Of a stretch of 64,000 nucleotides of DNA, positions 40,001 through 52,000 are shown piece by piece. The notes beneath the pieces are model-generated. The model did no database searches. It worked only from the letters and a program-made list of their open reading frames with translations, and was not told the origin of the DNA. The DNA is taken from contig CM075987.1 of NCBI GenBank assembly GCA_038087875.1, positions 28,088,001 through 28,152,000 on the forward strand, in the 5' to 3' direction. Positions within the stretch are counted from its first letter, which is position 1. Every line of letters begins with the position of its first letter. A program made the position numbers and the translations under genes. The stretch comes from Malacoraja senta (taxonomy: Eukaryota).

Positions 40001-43000
40001 GAATTTCAATGACTTAGATACTTAGATACATAGAAAATAGGTGCAGGAGTAGGCCATTCGGCCCTTCGAGCCTGCACCGCCATTCAATATGATCATGGCT
40101 GATCATCCAACTCAGTATCCCGTACCTGCCTTCTCTCCATACCCCCTGATCCCTTTAGCCACAAGGGCCACATCTAACTCCCTCTTAAATATAGCCAATG
40201 AACTGGCCTCAACTACCGTCTGTGGCAGAGAGTTCCAGAGATTCACCACTCTGTGTGAAAAAGTTTTTCCTCATCTCGGTCTTAAAGGATTTCCCCCTTA
40301 TCCTTAAGCTGTGACCCCTTGTCCTGGACTTCCCCAACATTGGGAACAATCTTCCTGCATCTAGCCTGTCCAACCCCATAAGAATTTTGTACGTTTCTAT
40401 AAGATCCCCTCTCAATCTCCTAAATTCTAGCGAGTATAAGCCAAGTCTATCCAGTCTTTCTTCATATGAAAGTCCTGACATCCCAGGAATCAGTCTGGTG
40501 AACCTTCTTTGCACTCCCTCTATGGCTATAATGTCCTTCCTCAGATTTGGAGACCAAAACTGTACGCAATACTCCAGGTGTGGTCTCACCAAGACCCTGT
40601 ACAACTGCAGTAGAACCTCCCTGCTCCTATAGTCAAATCCTCTTGCTATGAAGGCCAACATACCATTCGCTTTCTTCACTGCCTGCTGCACCTGCATGCC
40701 TACTTTCAATGACTGGTGTACCATGACACCCAGGTCTCGCTGCATCTCCCCATTTCCTAATCGGCCACCATTTAGATAATAGTCTGCCTTCCCGTTTTTG
40801 CCACCAAAGTGGATAACCTCACATTTATCCACATTATACTGCATCTGCCAAACATTTGCCCACTCACCCAGCCTATCCAAGTCACCTTGCAGTCTCCTAG
40901 CATCCTCCTCACAGCTAACACTGCCCCCCAGCTTAGTGTCATCCGCAAACTTGGAGATGTTGCTTTCAATTCCCTCGTCCAGATCATTAATATAAATTGT
41001 AAATAGCTGGGGTCCCAGCACTGAGCCTTGCGGTACCCCACTAGTCACTGCCTGCCATTGTGAAAAGGACCCGTTTACTCCTACTCTTTGCTTCCTGTTT
41101 GTCAGCCAGTTCTCTATCCACATCAATACTGAACCCCCAATACCGTGTGATTTAAGTTTGTATCCTAATCTCTTATGTGGTACCTTGTCGAAAGCCTTCT
41201 GAAAGTCCAGATACAACACATTCACTGGTTCTCCCCTATCCACTCTACTAGTTACATCCTCGAAAAATTCTATAAGATTCGTCAGACACGATTTACCTTT
41301 CGTAAATCCATGCTGACTTTGTCCAATGATTTCACCACTTTCCAAATGTGCTGCTATCCCATCTTTAATAACTGACTCTAGCAGTTTCCCCACTACCGAT
41401 GTTAGACTACCTGGTCTGTAATTCCCCGTTTTCTCTCTCCCTCCCTTCTTAAAAAGTTTGCTACCCTCCAATCCTCAGGAACTACTCCAGAATCTAAAGA
41501 GTTTTGAAAAATTATCACTAATGCATCCACTATTTCTGGAGCTACTTCCTTAAGTATTCTGGGATGCAGCCTATCTGGCCCTGGTGATTTACCCAACACC
41601 ACTTCCCGACTAACCTGGATTTCACTCAGTTCCTCCATCTCCTTTGACCCGCGGCCACCTGCTATTTCCGGCAGATTATTTATGTCTTCCTTAGTGAAGA
41701 CGGAACCAAAGTAGTTATTCAATTGGTCCGCCATATCCTTGTTCCCCATGATCAATTCACCTGTTTCTGACTGCAAGGGACCTACATTTGTTTTAACTAA
41801 TCTCTTTCTCTTCACATATCTATAAAAACTTTTGCAGTCAGTTTTTATGTTCCCTGCCAGTTTCCTTTCATAATCTATTTTCCCTTTCCTAATTAAGCCC
41901 TTTGTCCTCCTCTGCTGGTCTCTGAATTTCTCCCAGTCCTCTGGTATGCTGCTTTTTCTGGCTAATTTGTACGCATCATCTTTTGCTTTGATACTATCCC
42001 TGATTTCCCTTGTTATCCACGGATGCACTACCTTCCCTGATTTATTCTTTTGCCAAACTGGGATGAACAATTTTTGTAGTTCATCCATGCAGTCTTTAAA
42101 TGCCTTCCATTGCATATCCACCGTCAACCCTTTTAGAACTAATTGCCAGTCAATCTTGGCCAATTCACGTCTCATACCCTCAAAGTTACCTTTCTTTAAG
42201 TTCAGAACCGTTGTTTCTGAATTAACAATGTCACTCTCCATCCTAATGAAGAACTCAACCATATTATGGTCACTCTTGCCCAAGGGGGCACGCACAACAA
42301 GACTGCTAACTAACCCTTCCTCATTACTCAATACCCAGTCTAGAATAGCCTGCTCTCTCTCGTTGGTTCCTCTACATGTTGGTTTAGATAACTATCCCTC
42401 ATACATTCCAAGAAATCCTCTTCCTCAGCACCCCTGCCAATTTGATTCACCCAATCTATATGTAGATTGAAGTCACCCATTATAACTGTTTTGCCTTTGT
42501 TGCACGCCTGTACACAACACCCACCAGCGTTTTCTGCCCCTTAGTGTTTCGCAGCTCTACCCATACCGATTCCACTTAAAATATTTCATCCAATTCTGGT
42601 CTGTCACAAAAAACGAAAAGGTGGCAGACTGCTGCTATGGAGACTTTGCTGCTGAGGTTTTGGCAACCTCAAGGCTTTTAACTGCTCTTTACCTCTTTCA
42701 CTTTTGCAGGTCACCTGATTATGTGCCATCCCTACACTCAGCATACGTTTAGCAGTGAACAGTCTCTACCGTCTTTTTGGGGTGAAATTCTCCATTGAAA
42801 TAACATTGGAATAGCCTCTTTGCCCAGAATGTCTATGGCTATGCTGTTGAAGCAATTGACGGAAAAAAACCAGAAATCCCCATATCCAGAGATTGCTTTT
42901 TAAAAAGAGTAAAATACAGAAGTTAGAAACCCAGGGTCTACTAGATTTGTTTACAGCAGGACCATGTACAGTAGTCAATGTGCAAATATTATCTCAGCAT

Positions 43001-46000
43001 TTCAATTTAAGCAATTTGCCTTCATCATTATATTTGCATTTGAAAATGAATACCAACTTATGCTGGAGTAATGCTCCTGAATGAACCATGTGATTATGTA
43101 TTGCTATTTTTTTTATGTAAAAAATTAAAATATTTTTATTTTTATTAGGATTAAAAGGGAGCCATCACCATTGCATGATACGTAAGAAACTTCCTTATTT
43201 TATGAAATTATTTGTATCCAGAAAGAATAAGCTTCTGATCACTTTGTGCCCACGAGCAGAGATCAGGAACTCTTATTTCCAAAGCAAAAATATGTAGATG
43301 CTGGAAATGTGAAATCAAATCAGAAAATTGTGAAAAACACCAGCAGACAAGGTGCCATCTGTTGAGAGACAAAATCAAAGTTAATGTTTTAACTTGCTGA
43401 CCTTTTATTGGAGCCCTTTCAACTAACGAATGTTCAACGACCTGAAACGCTAACTCTATTCCTCTCTCCTTGATCTGATGAGTGTTTTTAGCATTTTTTG
43501 TTATATTGATGATTGTATTTACAAACAACAGTCATCTTTGGAAAATGGAATGTAACCACCTTCTTCTGATATACAGCACTCTTGACAGCTATCACATGCT
43601 TCATAGCAGCAGCTCGGATTGCCACAGGCTGCTACTGTGGAGAACTGTGCTGGTAACGTTTTTGTGAACAAGTTAGAATGCAAATCACCTTGAATACATT
43701 TAACTGTGCTTTTTGCCAATGCCGTAGCTTTGACAGGCCATCTAATTATGTGCCAGCACTACAAACAACACCTGCTTAGTGCACCAAGAACAACTAATTT
43801 CTAAGCATGTAATTTCTCAGGGGCAACCAGTTAGATGTGCAAATCTTGCCAGAAATCCCCACCTCTTCAGAATGCTTTTAATAAAATTAAGAAGTTAGAA
43901 ACCCACAAATAAGAGATTTTTGTTATGTCAGAACCATGATCGATAATCAAAATGAAAGTATTACCAGCATTACAATCTCAGACATTTGCCTTAATTATAT
44001 TACCTGCATGTGATAATGACTACCAAATAATACTATAGCAATGCCATTGAATGGAACCTCCAAATTATTAAATATGGTTTAAAAAAAATACAGAATAAAC
44101 AAATATATTTGTGTTGCTTTTTATTTTAGGGTTCTGAGAAAGCCTTCACCTTCAATGCTTGATAAGTAAGTACCTTCCTTATTGACTCAAGCACTTTTGT
44201 CCGAAGAACGAGTTTCCATTCACTTCTTGAGCACAGAGATTGGAAGCTCTTACTTCCACCCCAATGAACTTGTTTTATTGATAGCAATTATTTATTTTCC
44301 CATTTCCCCTTGTAACTAGTAAGACCTAGGAAGATTGGCGAGGGGCGGGAATTAGGGGGAGGCAGGATCCAATGCAGGACTGAAGGAGAAGAGAGGTGGG
44401 AAGTTAATATGGAAGGAAATGAAAGAAAGTTCAGTGGACAGGATAAGCATGACAGCATGACAGGGAGCTAGGAAGATCTGTTGGATTGAATTGTATTTAT
44501 TTGAATGCAAGAGTCCTGATGGGTAAAGCAGATGAACTCAGGGTGTGGATAGGTACATGCGACTGGGGCATTGTAGCCATTATGGAAACTTGGCTAAGAG
44601 AGGGACAGGACTGGCAGCTTAATGTTCCAGCGTACAGGTGCTACAGGTTCTTATTCTTAAACTGTGACCCCTGGTTCTTGACTCCCCCAACATCGGGAAA
44701 AACATTTTCTGCACCTAGCCTGTCCAATTGGTTAAGAATTATATCACATTTATCCACATTATACTGCATCTGCTATCAGAGACGGAATCCGCTATCAAAA
44801 CATGGAGGGGACCCGGGACAGGAGGGGCACAATTTTTTGGCGGCCGCGCGCGCATGCGCACACTCACACACACACTCACACACACACAAGCGATGAATCG
44901 GAAGCTTCAGCCGTGCACCCTGTGAACTCGGTAATTAACTCGGGATTCTTCCAGTTTCCAGCCCCGCGACGTGGATGCCTCTACTACGGGGCCGTTACCG
45001 TTAGAATGAGTCAATTAGTGCAGATCTGTACCACAGATTTAAAAAACACTGGACATCATAATATAGGACAGGACACTTTCAAGCAGCTTGTCCTGTGCTA
45101 TATTATGTTGTCCACTGTCCAGCATGATGTCCAGTGTTTTGTTTAAATCTGTGGTAGCTCTAGTATGGAAATTACAGTATGAGCTATTAAAAGCAAGCAA
45201 TATATAAATGATCTGCATTATATGCAACCTAAAACTTTGTATTCTTTGTATTCTTGGATGTATTAAACATTTTTTTCCCCAATTGCCAGCTGTAAAAATA
45301 GAGGATGTCAATTAGTTAATAAAATTGCTTTATAATCTGCAGAAGCATTTGGTCTCTGTAGTTGTGTGTTTTGTTGCCTTTGGCCCGAAGGGTCGAATGG
45401 CCTCCTCCTGCACCTATTTTCTATGTTTCTATGCAACTGTCATGCATGAAATTTTGTTCAGACTTGTTTGAATAACAATAAAGGAAATTCAATTCAATTC
45501 AATTCAATCTACAGGTGGAGATTCCCTCCCTCTATTTGGAAATGATTCATGATGGAAATCATACATTCATAACTTCAAGACACAATCTGAATTCAATTGT
45601 ATTCAATTTTTGTCAATTACTTCATGTAATGCCAATATCTGATTACAACATTCATGAACATAAATGAGACCCAAGTAAAAAAAATAAAATGTATGGATTT
45701 CTCTAATAAAGAACTTAGAAATGTAGTTCATACGAATTCAAATTCCCTCATAAAATGTTAGAAATTTGTAAAAAGGGTTGCAATGAAAGTTTGATTCACA
45801 AGAATAGTAAGATTAAACGAGAACTTACCAGTTTGAAGTTTGATCTTTATTTTATGAGGAGTAACGTTGAGGGATTACGTGAAGAAGACCCCGTCCAGCC
45901 GCACACGCGTCAATCTTTCAAAGCAGCGGAGTGACAATCACAGACGATAATTACTGAAGTATGATAGTAAGATGTATAAATAACTTAGAACTACCAGCTT

Positions 46001-49000
46001 GATCCTTTTATGAGGGTGGGAGCGGAGGGCACGTAATCCCTCAACGTTACTCCTCATAAAATAAAGATCAAACTTCAAACTGGTAAGCTCGTTTAATCTT
46101 ACTATTTTACTTCGGAGTCACGTGAGTGACTACGTGAAGATTTCAAAGCTCTGTGATTTCACACCGTGGATTCAAATCCAGGTGTTCACTGCATCGATTG
46201 ACTCTATTTGAGTAAGCACAATCAACAATGCATAACCACAACATTTGAATGTAATCAGTTAATGGTTTTATTTATTTTAATAAAAAATAACAAAATTAGG
46301 CCCATTTATTATAATGGGGGATTTAATACTGTATCCAGCACGGCACCACCAAACCCTCTGAGATCTTTAATCTCCTTATGGTAATACTTGTGAAACATCT
46401 GTTCACTTGCCCATCCTGCGGCCGCGAGAATAAGGTCTATTGCACGTCTGAATCCCTGGCCGCTGATGTTGATGCCGCCCTGGTGGAATGAGATTTAATT
46501 TTATCAGTATCAATACCTGAATATCTCAACACCTGTTTCAACCATCGTGAAATTGTTTGTGTTGACACTTTCTTATGAGGCTTTTTATGACTAATAAAAA
46601 AATGCCAATTCGGTGCCTCTTAAAACTTTTGTTTTTTCTATGTAACATTTCACATATGTTACTACACACAGTCGTGGATCTGTAGGATATGCTAAAAATT
46701 CCAACTTGCATCCTGTGAACCCAGGTCTACTTTGCTTCAGTAAATCATAGACATAGAATGTCACGGCATTTTGCCCTACTTTCATTCTATCAATTCTGAG
46801 TTTCTGTAATGTTTGAACTCTCTAAGCTGAAACTAATGCCATGAGCATAACCAATTTCATGGTGATTTTGGATAATGACAGAGTTTCAACTGGATTCCAA
46901 TTCCTTAGCAACATCAGTACATCTTTTACATTCCAAATTTCTGTATACCTAGGTCTGGGAGGATTAGAGTTGAAAATTCCTTTCATAAACCTACAGCCCC
47001 AAGGATGTGCTCCTATTGGAGTTTGTTCTGATTCACTGCTTAAATATGCAGAGAGTGCACTTCGTGCAGTATTAATTGCACTATAACTTAATTTTAATTC
47101 ATAGTATAGAGTAGAAAGGAACTCTATTACATCTGAAATTTCTGCTGGGTTATATGCAATATGTTTCCCTGAACAAAACTCCTCCCATTTCTTTATATAG
47201 GAGATGTACTGCTTCTGGGTACTATTCCTCCAGGCTGCTGTCATAACATCCACCGTACGGTCTGGTAATCCTTTCCAAGATATGGCCTTCTTAGAATCTG
47301 CAAATCAACAAACCAATATGATCATGTAAAGGATGTGGTTCATCAGTCACAGGGTGTACAAGCAGTTTAATCTGCTTTGGAATAACCATAAGGGTTTTTT
47401 TTTTATTTATTTTTTTTAAATTATTTTTAACACCAGTGGGTACCATAGCTGTTTAGGCCAATCTGGTACTACCAAAATCCCTGAGGCTGAATCTTGTTTA
47501 ATTTTCTGTATGCATCTGTGGATTAAACAAAATGGCGGGAACGCATACAGAAACATACCACCCCAATGTAGCGAGAAAGCATCCACCGCTACTGCTCCAG
47601 GATCAGGTTCCCATGACACATACTTAGGCAACTGGTGGTTCAATCTTGATGCAAACAGATCAATTTCTGGCATTCCAAATTGTGTGATAATTTGTGTGAA
47701 TATTTTCCGATTTAACATCCATTCTGTATTATCATTAAATTTACGTGATCTTTTGTCTGCAATTGTATTAATTTTTACCTGGTAAATATATTGCTGACAG
47801 CCAAATTTTTCTGGCAATACCCCAGGTCCAAATTTCATTTGCCAATTTATCACATGATTCTGATTTTATACCACCCATGTGATTTATGTATGCTACAGCT
47901 GTAGTATTGTCAACCTGTACCTGAACATGCACATTTCCCATATCAGTGCAATAAGCTCTAAGGCCGTAAAATGCGCCTAATAGCTCTAGGTAATTGATTC
48001 CCAGATTTTCCAGCAAAGGTACTTCATTCACATTCCACCTACCTCCACAGCTGGAAATCATGTTAGTAGCGCCCCAACTCAGCGCACTTACATCAGTCTG
48101 TAGAGTGACGGAAGGTGTTTCTACCAGAACTTTTCTGGAAGCATTAGAAACATTGTTAATCCACCATTCTATTTCTGTAATGGATTGAATTATTAATTTC
48201 ATGGGCCTGTCAAAATGCCCTCTATTCATTTTTAACGCTTGTACCTTAGCTCTCTGTAAACATTGATAATGCAATGGTCCAAACGTGACTGCTGGAAACC
48301 CTGCAATTAATTTGCCTAGCAAGCTTGCCACTTCTCTAATTGAAGGTGTGTCCTCGTTAATGAGTTTTATGCAACCTTCAATTAACTGCAGCTTTTTATC
48401 TTTTGGCAAAGTGATTACCATGTGTTCGGAGTTAATTGTGACCCCTAGGTAATCAATCTTTTTGCTTGGTAACAATTTAGATTTTTGTAGGTGAATAATG
48501 AAACCTAATTTCTCAAAATGTATTTGACTCTGGATACTGACAATTTTGCAGCAGCCAAAGTGTCCCCATACAATGAGGATATCATCTAAATAAGCCATTA
48601 ATACATGGCCCTCAGCTCTTAACAGAGCTAAAATTGTTTTGAGCAATTTAGTGAATAATCTTGGTGCTGAAGTCAGACCATTGGGCAATGCTTTAAATTG
48701 CCATAACTGACTCATCCATCTAAATTTCAAATATCTTTGATCATTACCATGCATTGTCACGGAATAATATGCATCTTGCAGATCTATGCTTGCCATGTAG
48801 CAATTTTCTGTGATTAGCTGAATTGCATTAGTAAATGTTTCCATTTTGAAATGTTTGTATTGTACATAAAGGTTAAGATTTGTCAGATCCAATATGATTC
48901 TACATCCACCATCCTTTTTTGTTCTTGGAAAAATATTTGATACAAACTGATGGTGTTGTTCTACTGACTTCTCTATTACCCCCTTTTTGGTTAAAGTTTC

Positions 49001-52000
49001 TAATTCTCCTTTGATCAACTTATTCTCTTCTTTTGAGAAAATTCGTGACCAGTTTGAATTTTCTTGCCTTGGAGGATCCAAATGTGGATAGAAACTCAAT
49101 TTTGAATCCTACAATGCTATTTAGAATAAATGAATCATTTCTTTTAGGAAGAATCGTAACCTTCCCCCTACTTGTGAATGTGAAACATTTATTGAATTCC
49201 TTACCAGACCAGGACCCCCTACCTTGGGGTTTGCCACCGGCAATTGTCCGCTTCTGGTAGGCACATTGTAACCTCCACGTATCCCCGGTGCAGCACGCCA
49301 ACGTGTATACGAGAATGATCGGCTTGTTCCTTCTCCAGCACCAGTATTCCGCCTTCTAGGGATACTGTATTCGCACCGCTCTGCTCATCATCGGTGGTTT
49401 CATCATCATGCCACTCAAGGTTCTTGACTCTTCATTCAAGTCCTTTTAGCTTCTTTGCTAGATTTTCTCCAAACAGCAGCTTAGGCATTTGTATGTTGGT
49501 TGGTTTGCAAAGCCCTGCATACTTAGGAAGAATATTTGGTCTTATTGCATTTTTACGAATATAATTTATTTCAAAAATGTGCACCCCACATCAGTGCTAG
49601 AGCATCTTGTTGTGAATCTGATACATAATCATCATCCAAACCTCTGGCAAATGCCATGATGCCTGACCCCAGCAATTTCAATACACGTTGCAATTTCAAT
49701 TCTTGTGAGCGTAAACCAATGCTCAAATAACCCCAAATCAAGTTATTTACTGCTGGAACTGTCAGCAATTCACAATTTGCTGGGGCCTCGTACTGTTTCA
49801 TAGTCTCATCCATAGATACTTCCTGGAGCTGATGGGAGAGTAGATAGTTTATAGTCATTTCTATTTCCTCCCTCAAAGGTTCCCCCTTTACTCTAGGAAC
49901 AGCAAACTTTTGTGCTAGTCCAGGAACTTTCAGCTCTGATAATGGGCTCTCATCCTCACAGAATTCATCTTCTGAATCTAGATGTTCCTATTCAGGTTTG
50001 GTAAATTCTGGCTCCCCTGTTTCAGGTAAGTCTATGCCAGATTCCCCCTGCGCGGGCTCTCTTATCGGCCCACGGATAGGCAGCCCTGTTTCAGGTGCTG
50101 CTGGTGCTGGCTCAACTCTAGGCCAACGCTTCATAATTTTCCCTTTAGGAACTTTCGGTGCTGGCACATAAGTACGTTTGTACTGTCTTTTTTTTTAGAC
50201 ATTTCTGGTACTGGCTCTTCAGTAGGCCAGCACATATACTGCCTTTTTTCAGGCATTTCTGGCACTGGCTCTCCTGTAGGCCAACCCCTGTAATACCTTT
50301 GCACAGTCATTTCTGATGGCTCTCCTGTAGGCCACCCTTGTGCCTGTCCCAACCAAAGCACACCCTGTGCTGTATCCTCCATTGACCTGATTCCTCCTGT
50401 GGGGGTTCTTTGTAAATCCCCATCAGGAGCTCTAAACTGGCGACCCTTACAGCCATAACGTTTTCTGCTGCAGGAGGGTATACCTCCGGGTCTGACTCTT
50501 CCGAGTCTACAGATCGGGCCGACTTTTGTCCAGCCTTGCGCCCCACCGCCGGCGGTTTAACGGCACATTCGACCGTAACGGGAGTTGATGGCTTCGATGC
50601 CCCTGCCTCCTCTTCCTGACGCCCGCTACCCTTAGCATCGGGGGTTTTACCTGCGGTGCATCCCTGGCCTCTCCTTCCCCTACGCTCTTTCTCCATTCTG
50701 AGTTTGTGTGGACCTCTGCCAACACGTCTGAGCGGGAAGAAGAGCGCCCTGTAAGTAAAAACGAAACCACTTACCTTGTCCGATTTTTACTTTAAATTTG
50801 CTTTACTCACCGCTGGAGGAGCTCCTGCTCCTCCACACACGGTCATGAACGCTATGCGTCTGATCGATAATGACGCGTGTGCGGCTGGACGGGGTCTTCT
50901 TCACGTAGTCACTCACGTGACTCCGAAGTAAAATTGGTATTTAGCAACACTTTATTAGTATCATTAACACTTAATAATATTTTATTAGTATTATTAACAC
51001 CTAGTTATATTCATTTAGACAAGTGAAAACTTCCAAATACACGCCGTCTGGAATCTGACCGCCGACCACCAACATCGAGCAGCCGCGATCTGCGGTCTGT
51101 GATCTGCGGTCTGCGGTCTGCGGTCTGCGGTTGTGCTCGCGCCTGACATTTTAAATGCATCTCCCGTTAATTTAATTCAAAGGAACGCATCATACTTGAA
51201 GCAAGGTCAGTTCATACAATTATATTATGAGGATTAATGAATGGATTTCGATGCAACAATGGCAGACAGTTAACACATCGTTTTCGTGAAGGGACCTTGC
51301 TTCAAGTATTTCGCGTTCCTTTGAATAAAATTAATGGGAGATAGACAATAGACAATGTCATTAAAACTCAGATGATTCGAGGCATTTAACACTCCATTCC
51401 ATTCCTTTGACACGAAAACAATGTGACACAATTATAATTACCAAGGATGCAGGAATGGGATCGATGGCAGTTAACAGTCACAAAGACAGTTAGCACATCA
51501 TTTTTTTTGTCAGAGGAATGCAGTGATGAACGAACGACTCGAATCGAACGTCTCGACTCGAACGACTTTAAACGAACGAAAAACCCGACATACCTTACAA
51601 AGCTTGTAACGTGAGGGGGACTATCCCCTACCTCTGAAAACATGGAGGGGACACGTCCCCTCTGGCCCCCCCGGGATTTCCGCCGTTGTCTGCCATGCAT
51701 CTGCCCACTCACCCAACCTGTCCAAGTCACACTGCAGCCTCATAGCTTCCTTCTCGCAGCTCACACTACCACCCAGCTTTGTGTCAACCGCAAACTTGGA
51801 GATTTTACACTGCCTGCCATTCGGAAAAGCACCCATTAATTCCTATTCTTCCTGTCTGCCAACCAGTTCTCTATCCATGTCAATACCTACCCCCCAATAC
51901 CATGTGCTCTAATTTTACACACTAATCTCTTGTTTGGGACCTTGTCAAAGGCTTTTGGAAAGTCCAGATACACCAACCACATCCACTGGCTCTCCATTAT

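Larger units (their letters stand above)
44777..51688. mobile_element. Non-autonomous hAT-type element hosting the DIRS
   Basis: 8-bp TSD tctgctat/tctgccat; imperfect TIRs CAGAGACGGAATCC / CAACGGCGGAAATCC; subterminal aaaacatggaggggac near both ends. Confidence 0.75.

Noticed and set aside
42710..42752. Good acceptor followed by SPDYVPSLHS
   Set aside because: No phase-2 GT donor before the stop; a homologous block at ~43737 also lacks one. Treated as intronic or a dead exon.
47416..47853. Dam-like methyltransferase suggesting bacterial or phage DNA
   Set aside because: It is the known methyltransferase domain downstream of RNase H in DIRS elements.
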